Source: Squalus acanthias (Eukaryota). From it: a DNA stretch of 64,000 nucleotides. Below are positions 23,544-35,961 of this stretch, one piece after another. Made by a program: the position numbers and the translations under genes. Position 1 is the stretch's first letter. Every line of letters starts with the position of its first letter. The stretch is from positions 25,484,001 to 25,548,000 of the forward strand of contig CM059433.1 of the NCBI GenBank assembly GCA_030390025.1, read 5' to 3'. The notes below the pieces were generated by a model, which did not search any database, was not told the DNA's origin, and saw nothing but the letters and a program-made list of their open reading frames with translations.

Positions 23544-26500
23544 ATAGAACATAGAACATAGAACAGTACAGCACAGTACAGGCCCTTCGGCCCTCGATGT
23601 TGTGCCGAGCATTGTCCGAGACCAAGATCAAGCTATCACACTCCCTATCACTCTGGTGTGCTCCATGTGCTTATCCAATAACCGCTTGAAAGTTCCTAAA
23701 GTGTCCAACTCCACTATCACAGCAGGCAGTCCATTCCACACCCCAACCACTCTCTGAGTAAAGAATCTACCTCGGACATCCCTTCTATATCTCCCCCCAT
23801 GCACCTTATAGTTATGCCCCCTTGTAACAGCTGCCTCTACCCGAGGAAATAGTCTCTGAACATCCACTCTATCTATCCCCCTCATCATCTTATAAACCTC
23901 TATTAAGTCGCCTCTCATCCTCCTCCGCTCTAAAGAGAAAAGCCCCAGCTCCCTCAATCTTTCCTCATAAGACCTCCCCCCCAAACCAGGCAGCATCCTG
24001 GTAAATCTCCTTTGCACTCTTTCCAATGCTTCCACGTCCTTCCTATAGCGAGGTGACCAGAACTGCACACAATATTCCAAATGTGGTCTCACCAAGGTCC
24101 TGTACAGTTGCAGCATAACCTCACGGTTCTTAAACTCAAACCCTCTGTTAATAAACGCCAACACACCATAGGCCTTCTTTACTGCTCTATCCACTTGAGT
24201 GGCAACCTTCAGAGATCTGTGGATATGAACCCCCAGATCCCTCTGCTCCTCCACGTTCCTCAGAACCCTGCCATTGACCCTGTAATCCTTATTCATATTT
24301 GCCCTACCAAAATGAATCACCTCGCACTTATCAGGGTTAAATTCCATCTGCCATTTTTCGGCCCAGCTCTGCATCCTATCAATGTCTCTTTGCAGCCTAC
24401 AACTGCCCTCCACCTCATCCACTACTCCACCAATCTTGGTGTCATCAGCAAATTTACTGATCCACCCTTCAGTCCCCTCCTCCAAGTCATTGATAAAAAT
24501 CACAAACAGCAGAGGACCCAGCACCGACCCCTGTGGCACACCGCTGGTAACTGGTCTCCAGTCCGAAAATGTTCCATCCACCACCACCCTCTGCCTTCTA
24601 TGAGATAGCCAGTTACTTATCCAATCGGCCAAATTTCCCTCTATCCCACAACTCCTTACTTTCTTCATGAGACGACCATGGGAACCTTATCAAACGCCTT
24701 ACTAAAATCCATGTATACGACATCAACTGCTCTACCTTCATCTACACACTTAGTTACCTCCTCAAAGAATTCAATCAAATTTGTTAGGCAAGACTTACCC
24801 TTCACGAATCCGTGTTGACTTTCCCTGATTAAGTTGCCCCTTTCCAAATGGTCATAAATCCTATCCCTCAGGACCTTTTCCATTATCTTACCAACCACCG
24901 AAGTAAGACTAACCGGCCTATAATTACCAGGGTCATTCCTATTTCCTTTCTTGAAGAGAGGAACAACATTCGCCACTCTCCAGTCCTCTGGCACCATCCC
25001 CGTGGACAGTGAGGACCCAAAGATCAAAGCCAGAGGCTCTGCAATCTCCTCCCTTGCCTCCCAAAGAATCCTAGGATATATCCCATCTGGCCCAGGGGAC
25101 TTATCGACCCTCAGGTTCTTCAAAATTGCTAAAACATCTTCCCTCAGAACATCTACCACCTCCAACCTATCCACCTTTATCACACTCTCATCCTCAAGAA
25201 CATGGCCCCTCTCCTCGGTGAACACTGACGAAAAGTATTCATTCATCACCTCTCCTATCTCTTCTGACTCCATGCACAAGTTCCCACTACTGTCCTTGAC
25301 CGGCCCTACCCTCACCCTGGTCATTCTTTTATTTCTCACATAAGAGTAAAAAGCCTTGGGGTTTTTCTTGATCCGACCCGCCAAGGACTTCTCATGCCCC
25401 CTCCTAGCTCTCCTAAGCTCTTTTTTTAGCTCATTCCTTGCTACCTTGTACCCCTCAATCGACCCAACTGAACCTTGTTTTCTCATCCTTACATACGCTT
25501 CCTTTTTCCTCTTGACTAGACATTCAACCTCTTTTGTGAACCATGGTTCTCTCACTCGGCCATTTCCTCCCTGCCTGACAGGGACATACCTATCAAGGAC
25601 ACGCAGTAATTGCTCCATGAAAAAGCTCCACTTTTCGTTTGTGCCTTTACCTGATAGTTTCTGTTCCCATCTTATACTCCCTAATTCTTGCCTAATCGCA
25701 TCATAATTACCCCTCCCCCAATTATAAACCCTGCCCTGCCGTATGGCCCTATCCCTCTCCATTGCAATAGTGAAAGTTACCGAATTGTGGTCACTATCTC
25801 CAAAGTGCTCTCCCACATACAAATCAAACACTTGGCCCGGTTCATTACCCAGTACCAAATCCAACGTGGCCCCACCTCTTGTCGGCCTATCCACATATTG
25901 TGTCAGGAAACCCTCCTGCACACACTGTGCAAAAACTATCCCATCCGAACTGTTTGACCTATAAAGGTTCCAATCAATATTTGGAAAGTTGAAGTCACCC
26001 ATGACAACTACTCTGTGACCTCTACACCTATTCATAATCTGCTTTGCAATTTCTTCCTCCACATCTTTATTACTATTTGGGGGCCTGTAGAAAACTCCTA
26101 ACAACGTGACCGCTCCTTTCCTATTTCTAACTTCAGCCCATATTACCTCAGACGGCAGATCCCCCTCGAACTGCCTTTCTGCCGCTGTTAAACTATCCTT
26201 GATTAACAATGCTACTCCTCCACCTTTCTTGCCAACTTCCCTACTCTTACTGAAACATCTATACCCCGGAACCTCCAACAACCATTCCTGTCCCTGTTCT
26301 AACCATGTCTCCGTAATGGCCACCACATCGTAGTCCCAAGTACCAATCCACGCTCCAAGTTCTCCTACCTTATTCCGGATGCTCCTTGCATTGAAGTAGA
26401 CACACTTCAAGCCATCTTCCTGTCTGCCGGTACATTCCTGCGACCTTGATACCCTCCTCAGTACCTCCCTACACTCACCACTGGCTCGTGGACTACAGCC

Positions 26501-26917
26501 CTTTTTCCCATCCCCCTGACAAATTAGTTTAAACCCCCCCGAAGAGCCGTAGCAAATTTCCCTCCCAGGATATTGGTGCCCCTCTGGTTCAGGTGCAAAC
26601 CGTCCTGTTTGTACAGGTCCCACCTTCCCCAGAATGTGCTCCAATTATCCACATAACTGAAACCCTCCCCCCTACACCATCCCTGCAGCCACGTGTTTAT
26701 CTGCACTCTCTCCCTGTTCCTCAACTCGCTAGCACGTGGCACCGGCAACAAACCAGAAATTACAACATGGTTTGTACTGGCTCTCAGCTTCCAACCTAGC
26801 TCCCTAAATTCCTGTTTTAAATCCCCGTCCCTTCTCCTACCTATGTCGTTGGTACCGATGTGTACCACGACTTGTGATTGTTCCCCTTCCCCTTTGAGGA
26901 TTCTGAAAACACGGTCA
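23544..26917 (-). mobile_element. Young CR1 LINE (3' part of ORF1 plus complete ORF2), TSD CAGAC
   Basis: CAGAC at 23539-23543 and 26918-26922; removing the insert restores the Harbinger sequence. (ATAGAAC)n tail. ORF1 esterase fragment at 26524-26868 (HIGTND, DGLHLN). Confidence 0.97.
23628..26520 (-). pseudogene. CR1 ORF2 (APE endonuclease plus RT) with a single frameshift at ~24680
   Basis: ORF 24665-26644 (NARS, ITETW, YRPP, GDFN, SDH) and ORF 23628-24668 join at the DKVP(H) C-run. Confidence 0.9.
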
Positions 26918-27166
26918 CAGACCTGCAGCCTCAGAGCAGGGCGACGACGGTGCTACCAGTGACCCGGAAGGTGACCGTGGCCTTGAATTTTTTTCACCAG
27001 TGGATCCTTCCAGGCTGGAACAGGCGACATCTCGCAGTTCGCTGTTCGCCATTCATTGCTGCATCCGGGAGATCACACAGTCTCTGTACACTAGGAGAGG
27101 GGACTTCATTGTCTTCTCTCTAAACGGAGAGAAGCAGGAGGAGCGCGCACGTGGTTTTGCCAGGAT

Positions 27167-27541
27167 TTGTTTTTAATTCATTTACGGGATGAGGACATCG
27201 CCGGTGAGGCCATTTTATTGCCCATCCCTAATTGCCCTCTAGAAGGCGGTGGTGAGCCGCCTTCTTTAATACAATTGAGTGACTTGCTAGGCCATTTCAG
27301 AGGGCAGTTAAGAGTCAACCACATTGCTGTGGGTCTGGAGTCACATATAGGCCAGACCAGGTAAGTACAGCAGATTTCCTTCCCTAAAGGACATTAGTGA
27401 ACTAGATGGGTTTTTACAACAATCCGATAGTTTCGTGGTCACCATTACTGATACTAGCTTTTTCTTCCAGATTTGTACTCATGTCCCTGGATCATAAGTC
27501 CAGGCCTCTGGATTACTAGTCCAGTAACATAATACTACCCG
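27167..27541 (-). mobile_element. tRNA-type SINE, TSD TGCCAGGAT
   Basis: 9-bp TSD at 27158-27166 and 27542-27550. Same family as 46626-46913. 3' tail is shared with the LINE at 36485-37902. Confidence 0.88.
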
Positions 27542-28466
27542 TGCCAGGATATCAGGCTTCTCTATGGTGCAGGGTGCCATCGACTGCACACACGTGGCTT
27601 TGCGGGCACCGCATCTCAATAGTGAGATGTACTGTAACTGCAAAGGGTACCAGTCACTTAATGTACAGATGGTGTGCGACCACGCCTAGCAAATCATTAT
27701 GGTGAATGCCCACAATCCTGGCAGCTGTCATGATGCGTTCATCCTGCGCCAGTCCGCTCTGCCAGAAATTTTCCAGCCACCATGTCAAACCCGAGGGTGG
27801 CTGCTCGGCGACCAGGGCTACCTGCTCTACACCTGGCTGATGACTTCCCTCCGCAACCCCACCACTCCTGGCCAGCACTCATATAATGAGAGCCATGCTG
27901 CCATGAGGAATGTTATTGAGCAGACCATCGGTGTGCTGAAGCAACGGTTCCACTCGGGAGGTGCCCTCCAGTACTCGGCGGAGCGGGTATCCCAATTCAT
28001 GGTGGTCTGCTGCATCCTCCACAACTTGGCCATCATGAGGGCGCAGCCCTTGACACCACAGGTTCTGCGACCACCTCAGAAGCAGGTGGAGGAGGAGGAA
28101 GGGAGGAGGCAGCCTGCACATCCACATTCTCGATGGGATGGCCGTGAACGCATCATCAGACTCCGGTTCTCCTGAATGAAACCCCAGATCCCCGTTGCTC
28201 AACACTTCCCAACTTACCAGCTCTCTGTCACTGAACATCACAGCGTCCTTTTGGCCACAATGCTGAAATGAAAGCCACCACAAAACAAACATTCCAAATC
28301 AAATTTATAAATCAATTAAAACAATATTACATAACAAATCCAATGAATCACCCTTGTGCATTCCCTCAGTGCCTGTCTTCAGTGTGCCTTTGCCTGTCCT
28401 AGTGCTCCTACGAAGTGTTACTCCAGTGGCTGCAGGATGGCTGCACTAGCACACCGGTTGCATCCT

Positions 28467-29447
28467 GCACAGCGAGAGTGGCGGGGATAAAAGGAGCAAT
28501 GACCCGCGGTCCGAGAGCACAGCGAGAGTGACGGGGATAAAAGGAGCAGTGACCCGCGGTCCGAGAGCACAGCGAGAGTGACGGGGATAAAAGGAGCAAT
28601 GACCCGCGGTCCGAGAGCACAGCGAGAGTGACGGGGATAAAAGGAGCAACGACCCGCGGTCTGAGAGCACAGCAAGAGTGACGGGGATAAAAGGAGCAAC
28701 GACCCGCGGTCTGAGAGCACAGCAAGAGTGACGGGGATAAAAGGAGCAGTGACCCGCGGTCCGAGAGCACAGCGAGAGTGACGGGGATAAAAGGAGCAAT
28801 GACCCGCGGTCCGAGAGCACAGCGAGAGTGACGGGGATAAAAGGAGCAACGACCCGCGGTCTGAGAGCACAGCAAGAGTGACGGGGATAAAAGGAGCAAC
28901 GACCCGCGGTCTGAGAGCACAGCAAGAGTGACGGGGATAAAAGGAGCAGTGACCCGCGGTCCGAGAGCACAGCGAGAGTGACGGGGATAAAAGGAGCAAT
29001 GACCCGAGGTCTGAGAGCACAGCGAGAGTGACGGGGATAAAAGGAGCAGTGACCCGCGGTCCGAGAGCACAGCAAGAGTGACGGGGATAAAAGGAGCAAC
29101 GACCCGCGGTCTGAGAGCACAGCAAGAGTGACGGGGATAAAAGGAGCAATGACCCGCGGTCCGAGAGCACAGCGAGAGTGACGGGGATAAAAGGAGCAAT
29201 GACCCGAGGTCCGAGAGCACAGTGAGAGTGGCGGGGATAAAAGGAGCAATGACCCGCGGTCCGAGAGCACAGCGAGAGTGACGGGGATAAAAGGAGCAAT
29301 GACCCGCGGTCCGAGAGCACAGCAAGAGTGACGGGGATAAAAGGAGCAACGACCCGCGGTCCGAGAGCACAGCAAGAGTGACGGGGATAAAAGGAGCAAC
29401 GACCCGCGGTCTGAGAGCACAGCAAGAGTGACGGGGATAAAAGGAGC
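28467..29447 (+). repeat. 60-bp minisatellite, ~16.3 copies, forming the 5' end of a CR1
   Basis: Unit GCACAGC(G/A)AGAGTGACGGGGATAAAAGGAGCA(AT/GT/AC)GACCCGCGGTC(C/T)GAGA in exact 60-nt register. Confidence 0.98.
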
Positions 29448-29679
29448 GGGAGCAGAGGAGAGAGAACAAAAAAAAATCAAGGAGTGACGTCACAGGACAG
29501 CAGGTAAGTGATTGGAGGGTGAGTAGTACAGCTGTTTTTGTCTTTAAACTAAGAGCCGGGGAACTTATAACTGTTAAATATTAACTTAACTAGATAAACT
29601 AAATAATTAATATAACTATAAATAATTGTTTGATTAAAAACTTTAACTAACTAAATAAGCAAATAAATAAAGTCTAGAG

Positions 29680-30630
29680 ATGGCAGTGCAGGCTATGTGT
29701 CGGGACTGTAGTAGGTGGGAGTCTGTGGACAGCGAGACCATCCCGGATTCCCACATCTGCAGGAAATGTCTCTGCCTTCAGTCACTCCGGATCAGAGTCA
29801 TTGAGCTGGAGTGTGAGTTAGAGACACTCCGAAACATAAGGGAGGGGGAGGTTTTTCTGGATAGTTTTATCCAGAATACAGTCACACCCCAGAGGAAAGC
29901 ACAGGTTCAGGACGGGGAGGGTGTGACTGCTAGGGAGCCGGGTAGCGGGGACTTAGGAAAGGTTGAGAAGGAAGTCCTGCAGACACTGCTCCTGTCCAAC
30001 AGGTACAATGTACTCGCTACCTGTGAGGACAAGGAGAAAGACTGCGGGGAGGACAGCCACAATGCAGACCAAGGCACTGTGGCTCAGAAGGCTGTCCAAG
30101 TGGGGGAAGAGCAGAATAGAAATGTGGTAGTGATAGGGGACTCTATAATTAGGGGGATAGATAGCGTCCTCTGCAGCCATGAACGAGAATCCCGAAGGGT
30201 GTGTTGCCTACCCGGTGCTAGGGTAAGGGATATCTTGAGGCGGCTGGAGAGGAATTTGGAAAGGGAGGGCGTAAATCCAGTTCTCGTGGTCCATGTTGGA
30301 ACAAACGACTGAGGTAGAAACAAGGAGGAGGTCCTGCTGAAGGAGTATCAGGAGTTAGGAGCGTAATTAAAAAGCAGGACCTCGAGGGTAGTAATCTCTG
30401 GATTATTGCCCGAATCACCTGCAAATTGGCATAGAAACAGTCAGATCAGGAGAATTAACACATGGCTAAAGGGCTGGTGTGGGAAGGAGGGGTTCCTTTT
30501 CATGGGACAGTGGCACCAGTACTGGGACAGGAAGGAGCTGTACCAATGGGACGGGCTCCACCTGAACCAGGATGGGACCCGTGTCCTAGCAGAAAGGGTA
30601 AATAGGGAGGTGGCAAAGGCTTTAAACTAG
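29680..30630 (+). pseudogene. CR1 ORF1: zinc finger/leucine zipper plus SGNH esterase
   Basis: CRDC..CRKC, RVIELECELETLR, VIGDSI, PGA, HVGTND and DGLHLN; broken near 30312. Confidence 0.9.
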
Positions 30631-33600
30631 TGAAACGGGGCAGAGGGATCTACAAGAAATGAAACCAGACTAAATATAAACAAAACAGGAAAGGAGAGCA
30701 TAGGAAAGAGTAAAGTAAGGGAGGACATTGATGGCCAGGGAATAAATAGAGTTATAGAACAGGAGTTTAAAAAGATGGTTAAAAATAAAGTGAGAGGAAC
30801 TGCTATTAAAAATGAGTTAAACTGTCTGTACAACAATGCACACAGTGTCTGTAATAAAACAGGGGAGCTGGAGGCAATCATACATTGCGAGGAACCAGAC
30901 ATAGTAGGGATTACTGAGACATGGCTACAGAAAAATCAGGACTGGAAATTAAACATTGCAGGGTATAACATATTTAGAAAAGATAGGGAGGGAAAAGGGG
31001 AGGTGGAGTAGCTGTACTTATTAGGGATAACATAATGGCAGTAGAAAAAAGTGACCCAGCTATCAGCGAGACAGAAATAGGATCGATGTGGATAGAGTTA
31101 ACAGGTAATAAAGGATTAATCACACTAATAGATGTAGCCTACAGACCACATAATAGTGGAAGAGAGGTGGAGGAAGAAATATGCAGACAAATTAGGGAAA
31201 TGAGTATAAAACATAGAATAATAATCATGGGGGATTTCAACTACCCACATATTAATTAACAGAAGAGGTAGACAAAGGGGTTAAAGGAATGGAGTTCCTA
31301 CAATGTGTACAGGACTCCTTTCTAACCCAATATGTAAAAAGCCTAAGGGAGGATTCGCTATTGGATCCAGTAATGGGGAATGAACCAGAGCAGATAAGAG
31401 AAGTAAAAGTAGGGGAACATCTAGGCAATAGTGACCATAATATAATACACTTTAAGATAATAATTGAGAAGGACATAGGTATGACAAAGACCAGGGTAAT
31501 AGATTGGAGAAAAGCTGATTTTGAGGGGTTGAGAATAGAACTTGGAAAAATAAAATGGACAACAGTAATGGCAAACAATGATGTAGAACAGCAATGGGAA
31601 ACATTTAAAACAATGTTCAACAGAGTCCAGGAAAAATATATTCCGCTAATAAACAAGAACAAGCTAAACACTAATGAGGCACCGTGGATGAATAAAGCCA
31701 TAAGGGAAAAATTGAGGGTAAGGAAAGAGGCATACATTAAGTACATGGACAGCAGCGAAGAGCATAATAAGGGAGAATATGAAGGGATTAGGAGAGAAGT
31801 CAAAAAAACAATTAAGAAGGCAAAGAGGAACTATGAAATTAAATTGTCAAGGAACATAAAACAAAATAGCAAAATATTTTACAGGCACATAAATCGAAAA
31901 AGGAAGGGCGGGATGGGAATAGGGCCACTAAGGGATGGAGAGGCTAATACCACAGGCAGCAACAGAGAGATGGCAGAGATATTAAATAATTGCTTTGCTT
32001 CAGTATTTACCAGGGAGATAGAACAGGTGGAGATGACATCGGATGATGAGATTAGTAATGAGTTAACTGCATTTAAAATAAAATGAGGAGATGTACTAAA
32101 TAAACTAATAAAACTCAAAGAGGATAAAAGCCCTGGTCCGGACGGATTACATCCATGCATTTTAAAAGAATCTAGGGAAGAAATAGCAGAGGCATTACTA
32201 CATATATTTAGTAATTCATTAGAAAAAGGTGTAGTGCCAGAGGACTGGCGGATAGCTAACGTAATACCTATATTTAAGAAGGGAGATAGAACATGTCCGG
32301 GGAACTATAGGCCAGTCAGCTTAACATCGGTGGTCGGAAAAATAATGGAATCCCTGCTAAAGGAGAAAATAGAAGAACATCTAGAAACAAAAAATATAAT
32401 AAATAGTCAGCATGGATTTCAAAAGGGAAAGTCTTGCTTGACCAACCTAACTGAATTTTTTGAAGAGGTAACAGAGAGAGGGTAGACAAGGGTAATTCAG
32501 TAGATGTAATTTATCTAGATTTTCAAAAGGCCTTCAGTAAGGCACCACATAATAGACTAATGGGTAAGGTCAGGGAATGTGGAGTCAGGGGACAAGTAGC
32601 AGAATGGATAGCTAGCTAGCTTCAAGACAGAAAGCAGAGAGTAGGGGTAAAGGGTAGCTATTCAGAGTGGCAGAAGGTGGGAAGTGGTATTCCACAAGGA
32701 TCAGTGCTGGGACCACTGCTGTTCACAATTTATATTAACAATTTAGACCTTGGAATCAAAAACACAATTTCTAAATTTGCGGATGACACCAAATTGGAAG
32801 GGAAAGACAATACTGAGGAGGACTGCAACAAATTACAAGAAGACATTAATAAATTTGCAGAATGGGCATATAATAGGCAATTGAAATTCAACACAGATAA
32901 ATGTGATAAATTACAGTTTGGTAAGAAAAATAGTGGGGTCACATATCACTTGGAAAATAAGAATCTAAATGGCGTAGAGGAACAAGGGACCTAGGAGTAC
33001 AAATACACAAATCACTAAAAGTATCGACACAGGTTAACAAGGCCATAAAAAAAAGCAAACCAAGCACTAGGGTTTATTTCTAGAGGGATAGAATTGAAAA
33101 GTAGTGAAGTAATGCTAAACTTGTGTCGAACCCTGGTTAGACCACACTTGGAGTACTGTGGGCAATTCTGGTCGCCATATTATAAAAAGGATGTGGAGGC
33201 ACTAGAGAGGGTGCAGAGAAGATTTACAAGGATGACACCAGAAATGCAAGGGTAAACACATCAGGAAAGGATGAACAGGCTGGGTCTTTTTTCTCTTGAA
33301 AAGAGAAGGCTGAGGAGTGACCTAATAGAGGTCTATAAAATCATGAAAGGTTTTGATAGAGTAGATACAGAGAGAATGTTTCCACTTGTGGGGAAGAGCA
33401 AAACTAGAGGCCATCAATATAAGATAATGTTGAGGCTGCTGTGAAACACGAATGGAGGCTGAATCCATATGTGGAAAACAAGAAACTTTTATTCACTGCA
33501 TGCTACACAAAATGGCTGAGAGAAAACTGCTCCCAGAATTCTCTGCTAAAAACACCCAGAATTCTCTGGGTAAAACCTGAGGCCCCTCCCCCTTCTGCCT

Positions 33601-33711
33601 TAAAGGTAATGTGCCTTAAAGGGGAAGGGGCTGGAAATTTGTCCACAGACGGAAGAGTGGATTATGCCCGTTTTAGGTGGCGATCCGCCACACAGCTCCC
33701 CCAGAATCCGC

Positions 33712-34982
33712 TTAGGAGGTGTGGATGAGACGGTGCGGCGGTCTGATGGGCCGGCTGGAGCGGCTCTTGTAGGACGCCGGTGGACGTGGAACGGCCGGGC
33801 GTGGAGCAGCCGGGTGAACCGGCTTGAGGGCAGGTCGACCGCGTGGAGGTGGACGAGCTACAGGGACCTGCTCACCGGGCTCCGAGTGTGCTGGCTTGAG
33901 TCGGTCCACCGACACTTTTTCGGGCCTGTCGCCCACTTGCAGGGTGAAAAATTTGTCCCCAGCCTGTAGCACCTTGTAGGGCCCGTCATACGGGGGTTGA
34001 AGGGGTCCGCGGTGGGCGTCGTGCCGGACGAAAACAAACCGTGCCTGGTGCAGGCTTAGTGGGACGTGTGAGGTGGATTCACCGTGCCGGGCAATGGGCA
34101 CCAGGGCGAACTGCAGCGCCGGTGAGGCGAAGTCGTGGCGTTGCTGGTCGGCTGACCAGGGTGTCGTGGCGGTGGGCAGGAACTCGCTGGGTACGCGCAG
34201 CGGCTGACTGTACACGAGCTCTGCTGCCGATGCGTGGAGGTCTTCTTTAACCGCGGTGCGCAGGCCGAGGAGGACCCACGGAAGTCGGTCGGTCCAGGCG
34301 CCGTCTTGGAGGCTGGCTCGAAGAGATGCCTTCAAGGATCTGTGGAACCGCTCACACAGTCCGTTGGCTTGGGGGTGGTACGCTGTGGTGCGGTGAATGG
34401 TCACCCTGAGATTGCATGCGACGGCGGTCCAGAGTTCAGAGGTAAATTGCGGACCTCTGTCCGACGTCACGTCGGAGGGGACGCCGAACCGTGCGACCCA
34501 GGTGCTGACGAAGGCTCTGGCGATGTCGGCGGTGGTGGTAGAGGTCAGTGGAATTGCCTCAGGCCAGCGTGTGGTGCGGTCAACGATGGTCAGCAAGTGC
34601 GTGTGGCCTTGCGACGGCGGCAGGGGCCCGACGATGTCCACGTGGATGTGGTCGAATCTCCGCGAGGGGACGATAAACTCCTCGAGGGGTGCTTTCGTGT
34701 GTTGCTGTACATTGGCCCGTTGGCAGGCTAGGCAGGAGTTGGCCCAAGTACGCACATCCTTGCGAATCCGCGCCAGACAAAGCGGTTGGCTACCAATTTG
34801 ATGGATGCGCAGGCGCCGGGGTGGGAGAGGTTGTGGAGAATGTCGAATACCTGGCGGCGCCAGGACGCTGGGACGACGGGCCGAGGTTGACATAGGGATA
34901 TGTCGCACTTGACCGTGACTGCGGTCGGGCCACAGGCGACGTCGGCCAGGCGTAGCCCTGGTAGGTTGGTGGGTGCGGAGAG
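33712..34982 (-). pseudogene. Gypsy integrase (HHCC zinc finger, DDE core, GPY/F), one frameshift near 34770
   Basis: LHNLSHPG...CLACQ, HVDIVGPLP, SDRGPQF, YHPQANGLCERFHR and PYDGPY. Confidence 0.93.
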
Positions 34983-35598
34983 CAGATCCTTGAAGGCATC
35001 TCTTCGAGCCAGCCTCCAAGACGGCGCCTGGACCGACCGACTTCCGTGGGTCCTCCTCGGCCTGCGCACCGCGGTTAAAGAAGACCTCCACGCATCGGCA
35101 GCAGAACTCGTGTACGGTCAGCCGCTGCGCGTACCCGGCGAGTTCCTGCCCACCGCCACGACACCCTGGTCAGCCGACCAGCAACGCCACGACTTCGCCT
35201 CACCGGCGCTGCAGTTCGCCCCGGTGCCCATTGCCCGGCACGGCGAATCCACCTCACACGTCCCACTAAGCCTGCACCAGGCACGGTTTGTTTTCGTCCG
35301 GCACGACGCCCACCGCGGACCCCTTCAACCCCCGTACGACGGGCCCTACAAGGTGCTACAGGCTGGGGACAAATTTTTCACCCTGCAAGTGGGCGACAGG
35401 ACTGAAAAAGTGTCGGTGGACCGATTCAAGCCAGCACACTCGGAGCCCGGTGAGCAGGTCCCTGTAGCTCGTCCACCTCCACGCGGCCGACCTGCCCTCA
35501 AGCCAGTTCACCCGGCTGCTCCACGCCCGGCCGTTCCACGTCCACCGGCGTCCTACAAGAGCCGCTCGGGCCGGCCCATCAGACCGCCGCACCGTCTC
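34983..35598 (+). repeat. Inverted duplicate of the integrase 3' part (33727-34342)
   Basis: 616-bp reverse complement. ORF 34900-35610 repeats the C-terminal ~200 aa with 6 substitutions. Confidence 0.97.
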
Positions 35599-35961
35599 GT
35601 TCTGCCTTAAAGGTAATGTGCCTTAAAGGGGAAGGGGCTGGAAATTTGTCCACAGACGGAAGAGTGGATTATGCCCGTTTTTGGTGGCGATCCGCCACAA
35701 TAATCACTAAAATATCAAATAGGGAATTCAGAAGAAACTTCTTTACCCAGAGAGTGGTGAGAATGTGGAACTCACTAGCACAGGGAGTGGTTGAAGTGAA
35801 TAATATAGATGCACTTAAGGGGCGATTAGATAAGTATATGAGGGAGAATGGAATACAGGTTTATGCTGATAGGGTTAGATGAGGAAAGATGGGAGGAGGC
35901 TCGAGTGGAGCATAAACTGGTTGTGCCGAATGGCCTGTTTCTGTGCTGTATATTCTATGTA

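Larger units (their letters stand above)
22783..28447 (+). mobile_element. PIF/Harbinger transposon (nuclease on +), interrupted by a CR1 and a SINE and truncated at 28447
   Basis: TIR-like GGCCATGAATTTCC. Transposase pieces at 23290-23543, 26923-27166 and 27551-28175 (QGAIDCTHVAL, PGSCHDAF, GDQGY, IEQTIGVLK, CCILHNLA). Confidence 0.9.
33428..35699 (-). mobile_element. Rearranged Ty3/Gypsy LTR retrotransposon (CsRn1-like integrase), TSD ATAA
   Basis: TG at 33428, CA at 35699, ATAA at 33424-33427 and 35700-35703. Full LTR 33428-33692, PPT 33693-33702 (GGGGGAG on -), partial LTR ~35600-35699. Confidence 0.95.
28468..35961 (+). mobile_element. Full-length CR1 LINE (decayed), TSD ATCCTG, with a nested Gypsy element
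   Basis: ATCCTG at 28462-28467 and 35962-35967. ORF1 29680-30630, fragmented ORF2 ~30775-35880, 3' tail to 35961. Empty site at 18598-18640. Confidence 0.95.

Noticed and set aside
27699..28175. Host HARBI1 gene
   Set aside because: Multiple decayed copies with TIRs and partner Myb genes indicate transposons, not the single-copy domesticated gene.
28408..29493. Three long minus-strand ORFs (335-361 aa) and a CRISPR-like periodic appearance
   Set aside because: An artefact of a stop-free 60-bp repeat. There are no unique spacers or cas genes, and the DNA is eukaryotic.
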